Virus record (IMG/VR): IMGVR_UViG_3300037420_000928
Location: 24,751-88,750 of that record
Source: a virus
Direction: 5' to 3' (one strand)
DNA length: 64,000 nucleotides
Shown here in pieces: positions 43,583 through 52,636 of this stretch (the stretch's first letter is position 1; every line of letters starts with the position of its first letter). Below the pieces are notes generated by a model that was given only the letters and a program-made list of their open reading frames with translations, was not told the origin of the DNA and ran no database searches. The position numbers and the translations under genes were made by a program.

Positions 43583-44836
43583 GTGGCTTATAAAATCCAA
43601 ACCGCCATCAAGGCGCGTGTTCCGATCGTAACCTGTACCACCCGAGACGTCGCCAATCTGGTCGCGGTCCTCCAGCATATGTTCCCCAATAACATCGTCC
43701 AGCAATTCGTCAACCCTGACATGGCGATGAAGGAAGGCACGATCGCTTATGCGGTCAATGCGGCGGTGACCAACAGCACCGACGGGGCGATGCTGCGTCA
43801 GAAATTCCAGAAGGCCAAAAGCACGCTGCTGCTGGTCAACCCGGCACCGAACCACGACGACAACATCAGCATGTCGACCGGCCTGCTCCCGGTGCCCAGA
43901 GAACTGCTGGCAAAAATGCTGCAGATCACCAATCCCGAGACCCTTAAGCATGCGATGGCGGCGCTCGGTGGTCTGACAATCCGGGAAGCCTACGAGACGG
44001 CAACCTTCTCGATGGCGGAGACCGGCGCCCTGACCCCAGCGGGGCTCGCCAAAGCGAGATCGGAACTGTTCAAGCCACAGAAGGGCCTTTACCCGGTGGA
44101 CACGCTCCAGGACTTCTACAAGCCTTCCCCGGAGATCGAGGAGTGGGTGGAAGACGAACGCGATTTCTTCCTGACGGCGACGGACAAGCGGCTGATCCCG
44201 AGGGGGCTGATGCTCGACGGCCGGCCGGGGACAGGTAAGACCGAAGCAGCCAAGTATATTGCAAGAAATTTCAATGTGCCGCTCTACCGCCTCGATCTGG
44301 CCACCACCCAGGACAAGTATGTGGGCAATTCGGCCAAGTTCCTGCAAGCCAATCTCGACACCATCGACCAGCAGGAACCCTGCGTGGTGCTGATTGACGA
44401 GGTGGAAAAGGTGGTCAACGTCAAACTGACCTACACCACCGAACTGCTCTCCATGCTGCTCTATTGGATGCAGACCCACACGTCCAAGGTCCTGGTCATC
44501 TGCACGACGAACGATCTGGACAGCGTCCCGGCTGAATTCTACCGACCGGGCCGCATCGATCAGGTGTTCAACATCGAAGGCGTGAAGCAGGAACATCTGG
44601 CTGACTTCGTGACCTCGGTGCTGCAGGCTTATGGCCATGCGGACGACGAATTCCTGCACACCAAGATCATGTCCTTGCTGAAGACCAAGCACGGCGGCAA
44701 CCTGATCGCCCCAGCCGAGATCGAAAACGAGACCCGTAAGCTTATCAAGAAGCTGGCCAAGACCAAAACCACGAAGGCAGATGTGGCCCCGGGAAAAAAG
44801 GTCGTACAGTTCCTGAAACCCCTTGTGAAGAAGTAG
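43583..44836 (+). CDS. AAA+ ATPase (Ycf46-like architecture)
   Basis: Walker A GRPGTGKT, KYVGNS, Walker B VLIDEVEK, sensor TTN, RPGRID. Confidence 0.85.
   Translation: MAYKIQTAIKARVPIVTCTTRDVANLVAVLQHMFPNNIVQQFVNPDMAMKEGTIAYAVNAAVTNSTDGAMLRQKFQKAKSTLLLVNPAPNHDDNISMSTGLLPVPRELLAKMLQITNPETLKHAMAALGGLTIREAYETATFSMAETGALTPAGLAKARSELFKPQKGLYPVDTLQDFYKPSPEIEEWVEDERDFFLTATDKRLIPRGLMLDGRPGTGKTEAAKYIARNFNVPLYRLDLATTQDKYVGNSAKFLQANLDTIDQQEPCVVLIDEVEKVVNVKLTYTTELLSMLLYWMQTHTSKVLVICTTNDLDSVPAEFYRPGRIDQVFNIEGVKQEHLADFVTSVLQAYGHADDEFLHTKIMSLLKTKHGGNLIAPAEIENETRKLIKKLAKTKTTKADVAPGKKVVQFLKPLVKK
44260..44273 (+). promoter_or_regulatory. Palindrome variant TGCAAGAAATTTCA (in AAA CDS)
   Basis: Fits consensus. 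Confidence 0.45.
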
Positions 44837-44888
44837 GAAACCTCTACACTGATAATCGGATATCAACGGAGAAAAGGAGTTCTCACCA

Positions 44889-45632
44889 ATGTCCAAACTA
44901 CCCTTCCTCATTCGCGGCACCGGATCGATGTTCGATTACATCGCCCTGGCCGTTCACGGTAATTGCGTCCTCGGCGTCAAGGTCGTCCAGCAGTCCCTCG
45001 CCACTTATGACAAGGCGATCAGCGTCACCTTTCGGATACGGTCGGCCATCAACACCGACGAGTTCATCGAACGGATTACCGGCAACAAGCCGACGGAGCA
45101 TTTTGCTCCCCAGGAAGCGTTCAAGGGCCAGTGGGTCAAATACGACAACGTGCGGGCGTCCTTCATGCACACCGCCAAGAAGAGCGTCTCTTTCGATCTG
45201 GCCGACGATGGCTCGTTCCCGGTCTACGACGAACTCGGGGAAAACCTGCTGCGGATGATCGGCTCGATCTTCGACTATGTCGAAATGCCGGAGGGCCATA
45301 TCGTCATCACGCCGGCCGCCGATCTGGCGGAGCATATCGCCAAGCTGCTCTACCCGTCGTTCCTGGAGGCCTACGGGACGGCCTGCCACGCCAAGTACAA
45401 GGACGAACCACCGGCCCACGAGCTTGCCTATGCTGGCGACGACCATTACACCACCAGCGAAGCGTCCATGGATACGCTTGAAGGCGCCGACGAACCGGGC
45501 AAGGAAGACAAACAGACCGGCGACGAAGGCAGTGCCGAACTGCTGCCGGAAACGGCCGACGAAACCAACACGTCGTCATGGGGCGCCGGGGATGCCGCCG
45601 ACTATAACGACGACAAGAAGTCGGAAGACTGA
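44889..45632 (+). CDS. Hypothetical protein with a long acidic C-terminal tail
   Basis: AAGGAG RBS; last ~60 aa are D/E-rich. Confidence 0.7.
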   Translation: MSKLPFLIRGTGSMFDYIALAVHGNCVLGVKVVQQSLATYDKAISVTFRIRSAINTDEFIERITGNKPTEHFAPQEAFKGQWVKYDNVRASFMHTAKKSVSFDLADDGSFPVYDELGENLLRMIGSIFDYVEMPEGHIVITPAADLAEHIAKLLYPSFLEAYGTACHAKYKDEPPAHELAYAGDDHYTTSEASMDTLEGADEPGKEDKQTGDEGSAELLPETADETNTSSWGAGDAADYNDDKKSED

Positions 45633-45671
45633 CGTACTCGGGTGAATGTGGAAAACCCCTTCAGGGTATTG

Positions 45672-45705
45672 CCCCCTATACCGAAATGGTGTAGGGGGTA
45701 TTTTT
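45672..45705 (+). terminator. Rho-independent terminator
   Basis: CCCCCTATACC-GAAAT-GGTGTAGGGGG-TATTTTT. Confidence 0.65.
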
Positions 45706-45729
45706 ATCCGGGGAATTGAGGGCACATTC

Positions 45730-46686
45730 ATGAAAAACATCGTTCGTTGCGCGGTGAAGAACACGAGCAATCTGGCGGCTGCGGTCTTGCTGCAGAGGAT
45801 CATCCACTGGTCGAAATACATGCGGATTTGGCAGGGCGGCAAACTTTGGATCGTCAAATCGGCCAAAGAATGGTGCGCTGATACCGGCCTGTCGTTCAAA
45901 CAATATAACACGGCAATCGCCAGTCTGCGGGACGACGGACTAGTGATTACCGAGAGCCATTTGTTCAACAATAAAAGCTGCACGCACACTCGGATAACCC
46001 CCAAGCTTATCACCATATTGGGGGCGCCAGACGACCCCGGGGCGGATGGGGTGGACGATCCCATATCGGACAAACTTATATATACACTAGAGACAACACT
46101 TAAGAGTACACAAGAATTAGCATCTCCTCCGAAGATGCAAAAAGAGCCCTCCGGGAAAAAGGAATTTTCGGGGGAAGAAGAAAGCGAAAATCTCATGCAC
46201 GCATACCAGCACATACCCGTGAGCGCGTACACACACGAGGAACCCGAAATGGCTCATAAAGTCTCAGACGTCATCCAGGGCAAGTTAGCCCCAAAACCAG
46301 GATCACAGGTCAAGCCCGTTGTTCAGCACTGCATTTACGAGTGGCGTGAGCGGTGTGGAGAGGTGACTGGAAAATTCCAGACCGGGTTCACTGCCAAGCA
46401 GGCAGGACAGATGAAGATGTTCGTCAATGGGGCACCTCCCGGAGTGGACCCGAAGGAATTGATCCGCAATGTGGTAAAAGACTGGTTCAGCTTCATGGAC
46501 GAGGTCAAGGAGGCGAAAGGTTTCAAGTCGGTCCCCGCCGAACCAGCCTTTGATTTTTTCTTCGTGCACCGGCAAATCGCCTATAACTTCAAGCCGCATA
46601 CTGGTAAGATGGTGCCGCTCGTGAAGGGGGAACAGGAAGCCCCGGTGATCCCGTCGGGTATCAAGATGTTTAAGCCAAAGGTGTGA
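45730..46686 (+). CDS. Replication initiator-like protein (N-terminal winged HTH)
   Basis: AAVLLQRIIHW...WIVKSAKEWCADTGLSFKQYNTAIASLRDDGLV; precedes loader and helicase genes. Confidence 0.65.
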   Translation: MKNIVRCAVKNTSNLAAAVLLQRIIHWSKYMRIWQGGKLWIVKSAKEWCADTGLSFKQYNTAIASLRDDGLVITESHLFNNKSCTHTRITPKLITILGAPDDPGADGVDDPISDKLIYTLETTLKSTQELASPPKMQKEPSGKKEFSGEEESENLMHAYQHIPVSAYTHEEPEMAHKVSDVIQGKLAPKPGSQVKPVVQHCIYEWRERCGEVTGKFQTGFTAKQAGQMKMFVNGAPPGVDPKELIRNVVKDWFSFMDEVKEAKGFKSVPAEPAFDFFFVHRQIAYNFKPHTGKMVPLVKGEQEAPVIPSGIKMFKPKV

Positions 46687-47237
46687 AGCCCATGCAGTCC
46701 ATCCTTGACCCTCAGAGGCATGAGCGGTTGATCAAGAATATCCACTCCTTCTCCGAGGATGCGGGTATTCCGATTTCGCTGATACAGAATTCCAGTGCAA
46801 CATATTGCACTGAGGATGAAATTACCTGGCTCCGGCAGTACAAGCACCATGCCCAGGAACACGACGGGCTCATGCTGCTGGGGCTAGGTGATCCGTCCAT
46901 GGAAATGATGGCGATGGCGGGGGCATTGGTGCGCAATTTCATCCGTGCCCGGTTCATCACCATGACAACGTTCCTTGACAACGATGCCGACCCGGACATG
47001 GTGGAGATCAGTTGCCTGTTCGTGGCGAACTTCTTCAACCACGAGGCCAAGTCCGAGACGATCTCGCAGTGGAAGCTGCCCATGGTCTACGACTTGCTCA
47101 TTCGCAGGGCAGCCAAGGGCAAACAGACCGTGGTGCATGTGACCGACTACAACAAGATGCGGGTGGCTTACGGCGCGGCTATCGCTAACCACCTGCTGGC
47201 GCGTTACCCGGCAGTGCAGGTGAAGGGCAACATTTAA
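46683..47237 (+). CDS. DnaC/IstB-like helicase loader (degenerate Walker A)
   Basis: GLMLLG, FIRARFITM, LFVANF, YDLLIRRAAKGKQTVV pattern; lies between initiator and DnaB. Confidence 0.5.
   Translation: MKPMQSILDPQRHERLIKNIHSFSEDAGIPISLIQNSSATYCTEDEITWLRQYKHHAQEHDGLMLLGLGDPSMEMMAMAGALVRNFIRARFITMTTFLDNDADPDMVEISCLFVANFFNHEAKSETISQWKLPMVYDLLIRRAAKGKQTVVHVTDYNKMRVAYGAAIANHLLARYPAVQVKGNI
46796..46809 (+). promoter_or_regulatory. Palindrome copy TGCAACATATTGCA (in loader CDS)
   Basis: Identical to the copy at 12312. Confidence 0.65.
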
Positions 47238-47239
47238 TC

Positions 47240-48520
47240 ATGGCATTGGGGATAGATTTTCTAGCTGCTTGTTTGATCGAGCAGAACACCTACAATTTTC
47301 TCAATCATGGAGACATGGAGCATCTGTTCCGCGTCAACGAGAAGCCGGTCTACGATTACGTCAAAGGCTATGTGAAGACCTATGGCAAGATGCCGTCGAC
47401 GGAGACGGTCGAGCTTCACACCAAGGAGGAACTGCCTCTCGTCAAGGACGCGCCGGGGTATTTCTACGACCAGCTTGTCAACCGCTACACCGCTACCGAA
47501 CTCAAGTTGATCATGCAGGAGGCCAACAAATCGCTGTCACCTCTGGCGATGGACCCGACCAAGGCGCTGAAGACCATGACCGACGGCGTCATGAAGCTGG
47601 TCACCCGGCGCTTCGACCGGAAGATTGTCGACTTCCGTGACGCCATCGACATCGTTTACACCGAGTACATCAAAACGATGCAGGGGGACGACGATCGCCG
47701 GTTCTTTACCGGCTGGCCCTATATAGACGATATGTCTGGGGGCCTGAACAAAGGCGACCTGCTGTCTTTCGTCGGCCGGCCTGCGATGGGCAAGACTTGG
47801 CAAATGCTGTTTACGGCGCTGTTCGGCTGGCAGGACAAGTTTGACGAGGAGCACAAGGTGATCGCCACCGGGCAATCCCGGATGTTCATCTCTATGGAAA
47901 TGAAGCCGCTGCCAATCCTCCAGCGCCTGACCTCGATCCAACTGTCGATGCCTTACTCCGAAATCGACAAGGCGATGCTGTCCAATCATGCGAAGAAGAA
48001 GCTGAAGGACGGACTGACCGAAGTGAAGGGATTTGGGGCGCCGTTCTGGGTCGTGGACGGTAATCTTGCGGCAACTGTCGAGGACGTCTATCTGCTGGCC
48101 AGACAGCTACAGCCGGATGCCATCATCATCGACGGCGGCTATCTGCTGAAGCACCCAACGGTCACGGATCGATATCAGCGGGTGGCTGAGAATGCCGACC
48201 TGATCAAGTCGGAACTGTGTGAGCTTGCCCCGACGGCGGTATCCTGGCAGTTCGCTCGATCCAAGAACAAGAGCAAGAAGGGCGAGGCCGAGAAGAAAGA
48301 CCTTGAAGACATCGGGTACACCGACGCCATCGGCCAGATATCGTCCCTCGTCCTCGGTCTGATGCAGAAGGAAAGCATCGAGACGGTGGTGCAGCGGATC
48401 ATCGACGTGCTCAAGGGGCGCAAGGGCGAGACTGGTCAATTCGTCACCAATTGGGACTTTCTGAAAATGGATTTCACAGAATTTCATGAACCAGATGTTT
48501 CAGACTTACAATTCGTATAG
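47240..48520 (+). CDS. dnaB: Replicative DNA helicase, DnaB-like (SF4)
   Basis: GGLNKGDLLSFVGRPAMGKT, ISMEM, IIIDGGYLL, IGYTDAIGQ, VLKGRKGE. Confidence 0.85.
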   Translation: MALGIDFLAACLIEQNTYNFLNHGDMEHLFRVNEKPVYDYVKGYVKTYGKMPSTETVELHTKEELPLVKDAPGYFYDQLVNRYTATELKLIMQEANKSLSPLAMDPTKALKTMTDGVMKLVTRRFDRKIVDFRDAIDIVYTEYIKTMQGDDDRRFFTGWPYIDDMSGGLNKGDLLSFVGRPAMGKTWQMLFTALFGWQDKFDEEHKVIATGQSRMFISMEMKPLPILQRLTSIQLSMPYSEIDKAMLSNHAKKKLKDGLTEVKGFGAPFWVVDGNLAATVEDVYLLARQLQPDAIIIDGGYLLKHPTVTDRYQRVAENADLIKSELCELAPTAVSWQFARSKNKSKKGEAEKKDLEDIGYTDAIGQISSLVLGLMQKESIETVVQRIIDVLKGRKGETGQFVTNWDFLKMDFTEFHEPDVSDLQFV

Positions 48521-48580
48521 ACCTTGAACTACGAAAGCTCCCGCGATACACTCAAATCACCATCATGAAAGGAATTCGTT

Positions 48581-49087
48581 ATGGCATTTCTGCTGAAAAT
48601 ACCTGCCAAGAAAATCGAGCATGTCGAGGAACCCAAGGCGCTGACGTCCAAGGCGCCGACCCGGGCCAAACTCAACAAGGCCATTGACGCCTATGTCGCG
48701 GCGGCGGAGAACAACGCTGCCCTCAAGAAACAGATCAAGGCGCTGCAGGGCGACCTGATTGATGAAGACCCGCTGCTGGGTAAAGTGTTCGAAGAGGCCA
48801 AGCCGTTCTATGCTGCCGAGTTCGAAGACCCTGCCAAGGAATTCTTTATCGAGAGCGCGGTGCATAAGCTCAAGGTTGGCAAGATGGGCTTCAAGCGCAT
48901 CATCACCAATATGGGCTATATCTTCGACAAGATGAAGAAGAAGGCCTTCCTCGAAAGCTGCAGCTTCCCTCTCGGGGCGCTCGACGCTTACCTGACCCCC
49001 GAGGAGCAGGCTGAATGCGTCAGCAACGAACCGACCAAGCGCAACGTCACCCCGGCCGGCAAGGCTGAGAAAGCCAAGGTGGAGTGA
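48581..49087 (+). CDS. Hypothetical protein
   Basis: AAGGA RBS; coiled-coil N-terminal half. Confidence 0.7.
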   Translation: MAFLLKIPAKKIEHVEEPKALTSKAPTRAKLNKAIDAYVAAAENNAALKKQIKALQGDLIDEDPLLGKVFEEAKPFYAAEFEDPAKEFFIESAVHKLKVGKMGFKRIITNMGYIFDKMKKKAFLESCSFPLGALDAYLTPEEQAECVSNEPTKRNVTPAGKAEKAKVE

Positions 49088-49437
49088 TGGCTGAAGTGCC
49101 CTCCGAGTTTGCGGCCGCTGTAATTCGATCACTGGCTAAGGTCTACCCCTACGTCAGAATGATCGAGATGATCAGCCCCGAACGCCGCATCAACAAGATA
49201 CGGCATAAAGGCGAGATCGTGCTGCGCACAGCCGTAGCTTTAGCGCAGGTTACCGACAACACGCCGAAGGCTTTAGCCAAAGCCATTGCGGAACACCTCA
49301 ACAAGCAGGGACTTGATGATATCATCAGGATGAACTCCAGCGGCTACCCACTGGATGTTATCGTCGGCATCGAGCGTAAAATGGAACTGACGGGTAACAC
49401 GTTGTCGTTCTACACTTGCATTGCTGAAGAAACCTGA
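49087..49437 (+). CDS. Hypothetical protein
   Basis: Coupled start (TGATG). Confidence 0.6.
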   Translation: MAEVPSEFAAAVIRSLAKVYPYVRMIEMISPERRINKIRHKGEIVLRTAVALAQVTDNTPKALAKAIAEHLNKQGLDDIIRMNSSGYPLDVIVGIERKMELTGNTLSFYTCIAEET

Positions 49438-49441
49438 ATTT

Positions 49442-49567
49442 GACTGAGTGCGGGAGTGGTCTAACCGTGATCTCGAAGAAGCTAAGAGTATAACCGACTA
49501 GACTACGTGGGTGGCGTCGGACAGCCAATACCTACGCAGCCGGGGGTTCAAATCCCTTCCTCAGTCA
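49442..49567 (+). ncRNA. tRNA-like element with non-canonical central region
   Basis: Acceptor GACTGAG/CTCAGTC; Ser/Leu-type D-arm CGG-GAGTGGTCTAA-CCG; T-arm GGGGG-TTCAAAT-CCCTT; no pairable anticodon stem; extra ~12-bp hairpin at 49503-49539. Confidence 0.55.
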
Positions 49568-49581
49568 TCAAAGGAAGCAGC

Positions 49582-50223
49582 ATGATACGCATTTACTGTG
49601 ACGGGGCGGTCACAAAGGAAGGATCAGGAGGGTGGGCTTATATCGTCACGGAAGACGACAAAGTGATCCTGATGCGATCCGGTCAAGCCGACGGCGCGAC
49701 CAACAACACGATGGAACTGATGGGGCCGATGCAGGCCCTTTACGATATCGAGAGCGTTAACGAGCCGTTTACGATCGTTAGCGACAGCCAGTATGTCATT
49801 CAGGGGATAACTGAGTGGATTTACGGATGGAAAGCCAATGGCTGGATTTCGTCAAACGGCTCACCTGTGAAGAACAAAGAGCTTTGGAAAGAGCTATACG
49901 CGCTATCTTCGCGTTTCAACGACATGGGGGCGCCGATCACCTGGGAGTGGGTCAAGGGGCACGCGGGAAACCAATTCAACGAGATGGCCGACAAGCTAGC
50001 TCAATCGATGTCCCGTGGATCAGACGTCGAGTTTAAGTGGACCCACAAGCACATCAAGACCGGTGGGCTCTACAAAATGATCCGGGACACCAATGTCCGC
50101 TGGGAGCCTACCTGGGAAGAATGCGCATTGTATGAGGCGGAGGACGGCACCTGGGTAGTCCGCAACAAGAACGAATTTTATGACGGGCGCTTCGAAAAGA
50201 AGCCAAGAAAGGCAAAGCAATGA
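49582..50223 (+). CDS. rnhA: Ribonuclease HI fused to a C-terminal DUF1653-like domain
   Basis: IYCDGA, TNNTMELMG, SDSQYVIQGITEWIYGWKANGW, WVKGHAGNQFNEMADKLA; then HKHIKTGGLY...ALYEAEDGTWVVRNKNEFYDGRF. Confidence 0.88.
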   Translation: MIRIYCDGAVTKEGSGGWAYIVTEDDKVILMRSGQADGATNNTMELMGPMQALYDIESVNEPFTIVSDSQYVIQGITEWIYGWKANGWISSNGSPVKNKELWKELYALSSRFNDMGAPITWEWVKGHAGNQFNEMADKLAQSMSRGSDVEFKWTHKHIKTGGLYKMIRDTNVRWEPTWEECALYEAEDGTWVVRNKNEFYDGRFEKKPRKAKQ

Positions 50224-50408
50224 GAATATTCATAGGCAGTTTGGCCCTCAGTCTGATGGCTATCCTCATCTTCGTGATCATGTGGTCGATGATCGGAACC
50301 CTGCACAGCATTTGGGCACTGGCCTTTCTGGCATTCGGCGCCTCGCTGGTCACATCCGGCATCTCCTGGCTTCTCGGAAAATGGGCCGAACGGTTGGCTG
50401 TTAAATGA
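50220..50408 (+). CDS. Small two-pass membrane protein
   Basis: Two hydrophobic segments; ATGA coupling. Confidence 0.55.
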   Translation: MRIFIGSLALSLMAILIFVIMWSMIGTLHSIWALAFLAFGASLVTSGISWLLGKWAERLAVK

Positions 50409-51379
50409 AGAAGGATGACGTTTTCGAATTCTTGGACTGCGTCGGGGCGGTCCCCTCAAAGAAGCAAGCCAGAGCCAAATGGGTGACGAGTTCCTGCCCG
50501 ATGGTCTGGAACCACAAGGATGGTAAATCCTCTGCTGATGTGTTCGGCGTCAAGCTGGAACAAGGCGATCCCCTCTGTCATTGCTTTGCCTGTGGTTGGG
50601 GGGACAGCGCCCTCGGAACCACGCTGGAGATTAAGCGCCAGACGTCGGAGGAGTACCAGAGCAACCTCAACATCAAGCGGGCGATGGAAATCTGCGTCCA
50701 GGCCAGCGACGACATCGAGCTTGAATTCGAGGACGTCGATTACGAGGAGGCTTTGAAGAAGGACGAGGTCACCGTTTTCGATGATTGGTGGATCGAGACA
50801 TTCCCGTCAGTGCAACAAAGTGCACTCGGGATGCACTACCTCAACACCAGACTTGGGGGGCCGATCGACCCGGATGTGATAAAGTTCCTAGACCTGCGGT
50901 TTGACCCGAACCAGAAGCGGGTTTGTGCTCCGGTGAAGAACAAGAAAAACCAGTTCGTGGGGCTCCACGGCCGGGCGATCTACGATGATATCGACCCACG
51001 CTACCGGATGTACACCTACAAGGGCAAGAATAATCCCCAATACTGGCTGGGGGAAAACTGGGTCGACCTGGAACAGCCGTTGGTGGTGGTCGAAGGCTAC
51101 TTCGATATGGCTCGCGTCCTGCCAGTCTGGCCGAACGTCGCCACCCCCTTATTCGCCAATCCGAGCATCGAAAAAATGAAGCGCATGGCCGGGGCTTCGG
51201 AGATCATCACCTTCTTCGATTGGGGGGCTGGCGGTGACTTCGGGCGTGAGAGGTTCCAGAAGCAATTCGGGTCCACCCACCTCATCAGCCACTGCAAACC
51301 ACCGGCTGGGGTCAAGGACCCGGGCGCCTGTACCCACGGGCAAATATTCAGTGCGTTGGGGCCATTTTTACCGATCTGA
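50405..51379 (+). CDS. DNA primase (Zn finger plus TOPRIM)
   Basis: CP..NH...CHCFACG; VGLHGR; LVVVEGYFD; FFDWGAGG; KDPG. Confidence 0.82.
   Translation: MKKDDVFEFLDCVGAVPSKKQARAKWVTSSCPMVWNHKDGKSSADVFGVKLEQGDPLCHCFACGWGDSALGTTLEIKRQTSEEYQSNLNIKRAMEICVQASDDIELEFEDVDYEEALKKDEVTVFDDWWIETFPSVQQSALGMHYLNTRLGGPIDPDVIKFLDLRFDPNQKRVCAPVKNKKNQFVGLHGRAIYDDIDPRYRMYTYKGKNNPQYWLGENWVDLEQPLVVVEGYFDMARVLPVWPNVATPLFANPSIEKMKRMAGASEIITFFDWGAGGDFGRERFQKQFGSTHLISHCKPPAGVKDPGACTHGQIFSALGPFLPI
50811..50824 (+). promoter_or_regulatory. Palindrome variant TGCAACAAAGTGCA (in primase CDS)
   Basis: One mismatch to the core 14-mer. Confidence 0.55.
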
Positions 51380-51463
51380 CCCCTTGCCAGAAAGTTCCTT
51401 TTGAGCCATCTTCTCCCGGCTTGATCTCAGTATCAGCTTGGCAAAAAATGGCAAACATGGAGA

Positions 51464-52411
51464 ATGAAAATGGCTGGAATGAATTTCCTGAAGAAAGCCG
51501 CAGTAGACGCGGGCAAAGTCACCCTCAAGGAACCCGAGCCCGAGAAGAAGACTTTTAGTTTGAAGTCGGGGGTGTCCTCCCTCTCTTCCTCCACCAGCCA
51601 ACCAGAAGCTCCAAAGAGCCTCGCCAAGACCTCTCTGTTTGGCACCAAGCCGAAGGATGACGGTCAAAGCCAGCAGCCGGGTCACAAGAACTTCCTCAAG
51701 AAGGGAGCCGCAGCCAAAGCCCAGATGGAACAGGCCCAGGCGATGGCCGATGCCGCCAAGGAAAAGGCCGGCACGATGTTCGAATTCCGCATGAAGGGCG
51801 GAGAAGATCGCAAGATCACCTTCCTTGATGGCGACCTCGACGCGGATGGGTGCCTCGACATCACGACCTATTACGAGCACACCATCAAAATCGGCAACAG
51901 CATCGATACCTACGTCTGCACCTCGGAAGAGGACCCGTCGCAGCCGTGCCCGCTTTGCGCGGCCGGTGAGAAGCGTTACCTCGCCGGGCTGATGACGGTA
52001 ATCGACCACACCCCCTACACGATCAAGACCGGTCCGAAGGCGGGGCAGGTGGTGGAGCATCAGCGCAAGCTCTACAAATGCAAGCATGCCACGATCAAGG
52101 TGCTGACCAAGTATGCCAGCAAGAACGGCGGCTTGACCGGCTGGACCTATGACGTCTCCCGCTCCGGTGGCGACAAGAGCCCGGCTGTCGGGGACACCTT
52201 CATGCCCGACTTCAAATGGGAGAGCCCGAAGCAATTCGCGCAATTGATCGGCGTTCCGGTTGAAGAAGTGATGCCGGCCGATTACAACAAGGAAGTCATC
52301 TACAAGTCCCCGGAGCAACTTGCTGAACTCGGTATCGGCAAGAGCTTCACGGGGGTTGGCACCAAGAAGGGCGGCACGGTCGACACCGGCTCCCTGAAGA
52401 GCCAACTCTGA
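51464..52411 (+). CDS. Single-stranded DNA-binding protein (T4 gp32-like)
   Basis: KITFLD...YYEH...YVC...PCPLC Zn-type motif; DVSRSGGDKSP; position in the replication module. Confidence 0.6.
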   Translation: MKMAGMNFLKKAAVDAGKVTLKEPEPEKKTFSLKSGVSSLSSSTSQPEAPKSLAKTSLFGTKPKDDGQSQQPGHKNFLKKGAAAKAQMEQAQAMADAAKEKAGTMFEFRMKGGEDRKITFLDGDLDADGCLDITTYYEHTIKIGNSIDTYVCTSEEDPSQPCPLCAAGEKRYLAGLMTVIDHTPYTIKTGPKAGQVVEHQRKLYKCKHATIKVLTKYASKNGGLTGWTYDVSRSGGDKSPAVGDTFMPDFKWESPKQFAQLIGVPVEEVMPADYNKEVIYKSPEQLAELGIGKSFTGVGTKKGGTVDTGSLKSQL

Positions 52412-52412
52412 T

Positions 52413-52610
52413 CGCAGCAGCGACTGCTAGTGCCCGTGCACAAGGCCGGGTAGCTGCTGTGCCAGGGGGAGCAGCCTAAGTCGCTCCCCCGTCCTTTCCC
52501 TCGAAAGAGGGGAATTGCTGCCCCAGGGAAGGGGTCTAAGGTGCACGATATCACCGCGCGGTCATGGACGGCGGGCACTCGTGACCCCGCTTTGATCTCC
52601 CTGGGGCGGC
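52413..52610 (+). ncRNA. Highly structured intergenic element (candidate ncRNA or ssDNA origin)
   Basis: Helices 52413-21/52453-61, 52465-72/52483-90, GAAA-capped 52495-52514, 13-bp 52517-29/52598-610; receptor-like TCTAAG...CATGG. Confidence 0.55.
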
Positions 52611-52636
52611 ACGCGCCCCTATAAAGGACCCTCGTC

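Noticed and set aside
46020-46260. Lambda-O-style iteron origin inside the initiator gene
   Set aside because: It is locally AT-richer, but I could not find repeated iterons.
49442-49567. Functional tRNA-Ser/Leu/Phe, or tmRNA
   Set aside because: No pairable anticodon stem and no CCA. It is too short for tmRNA, has no tag frame and has a D-stem.
52495-52590. c-di-GMP-I riboswitch or group I intron
   Set aside because: It shares only the GAAA loop and receptor-like motif. The GGCAAA/GACGCAAA core and the group I P7 (GAGACUA / AUAGUC) elements are missing.
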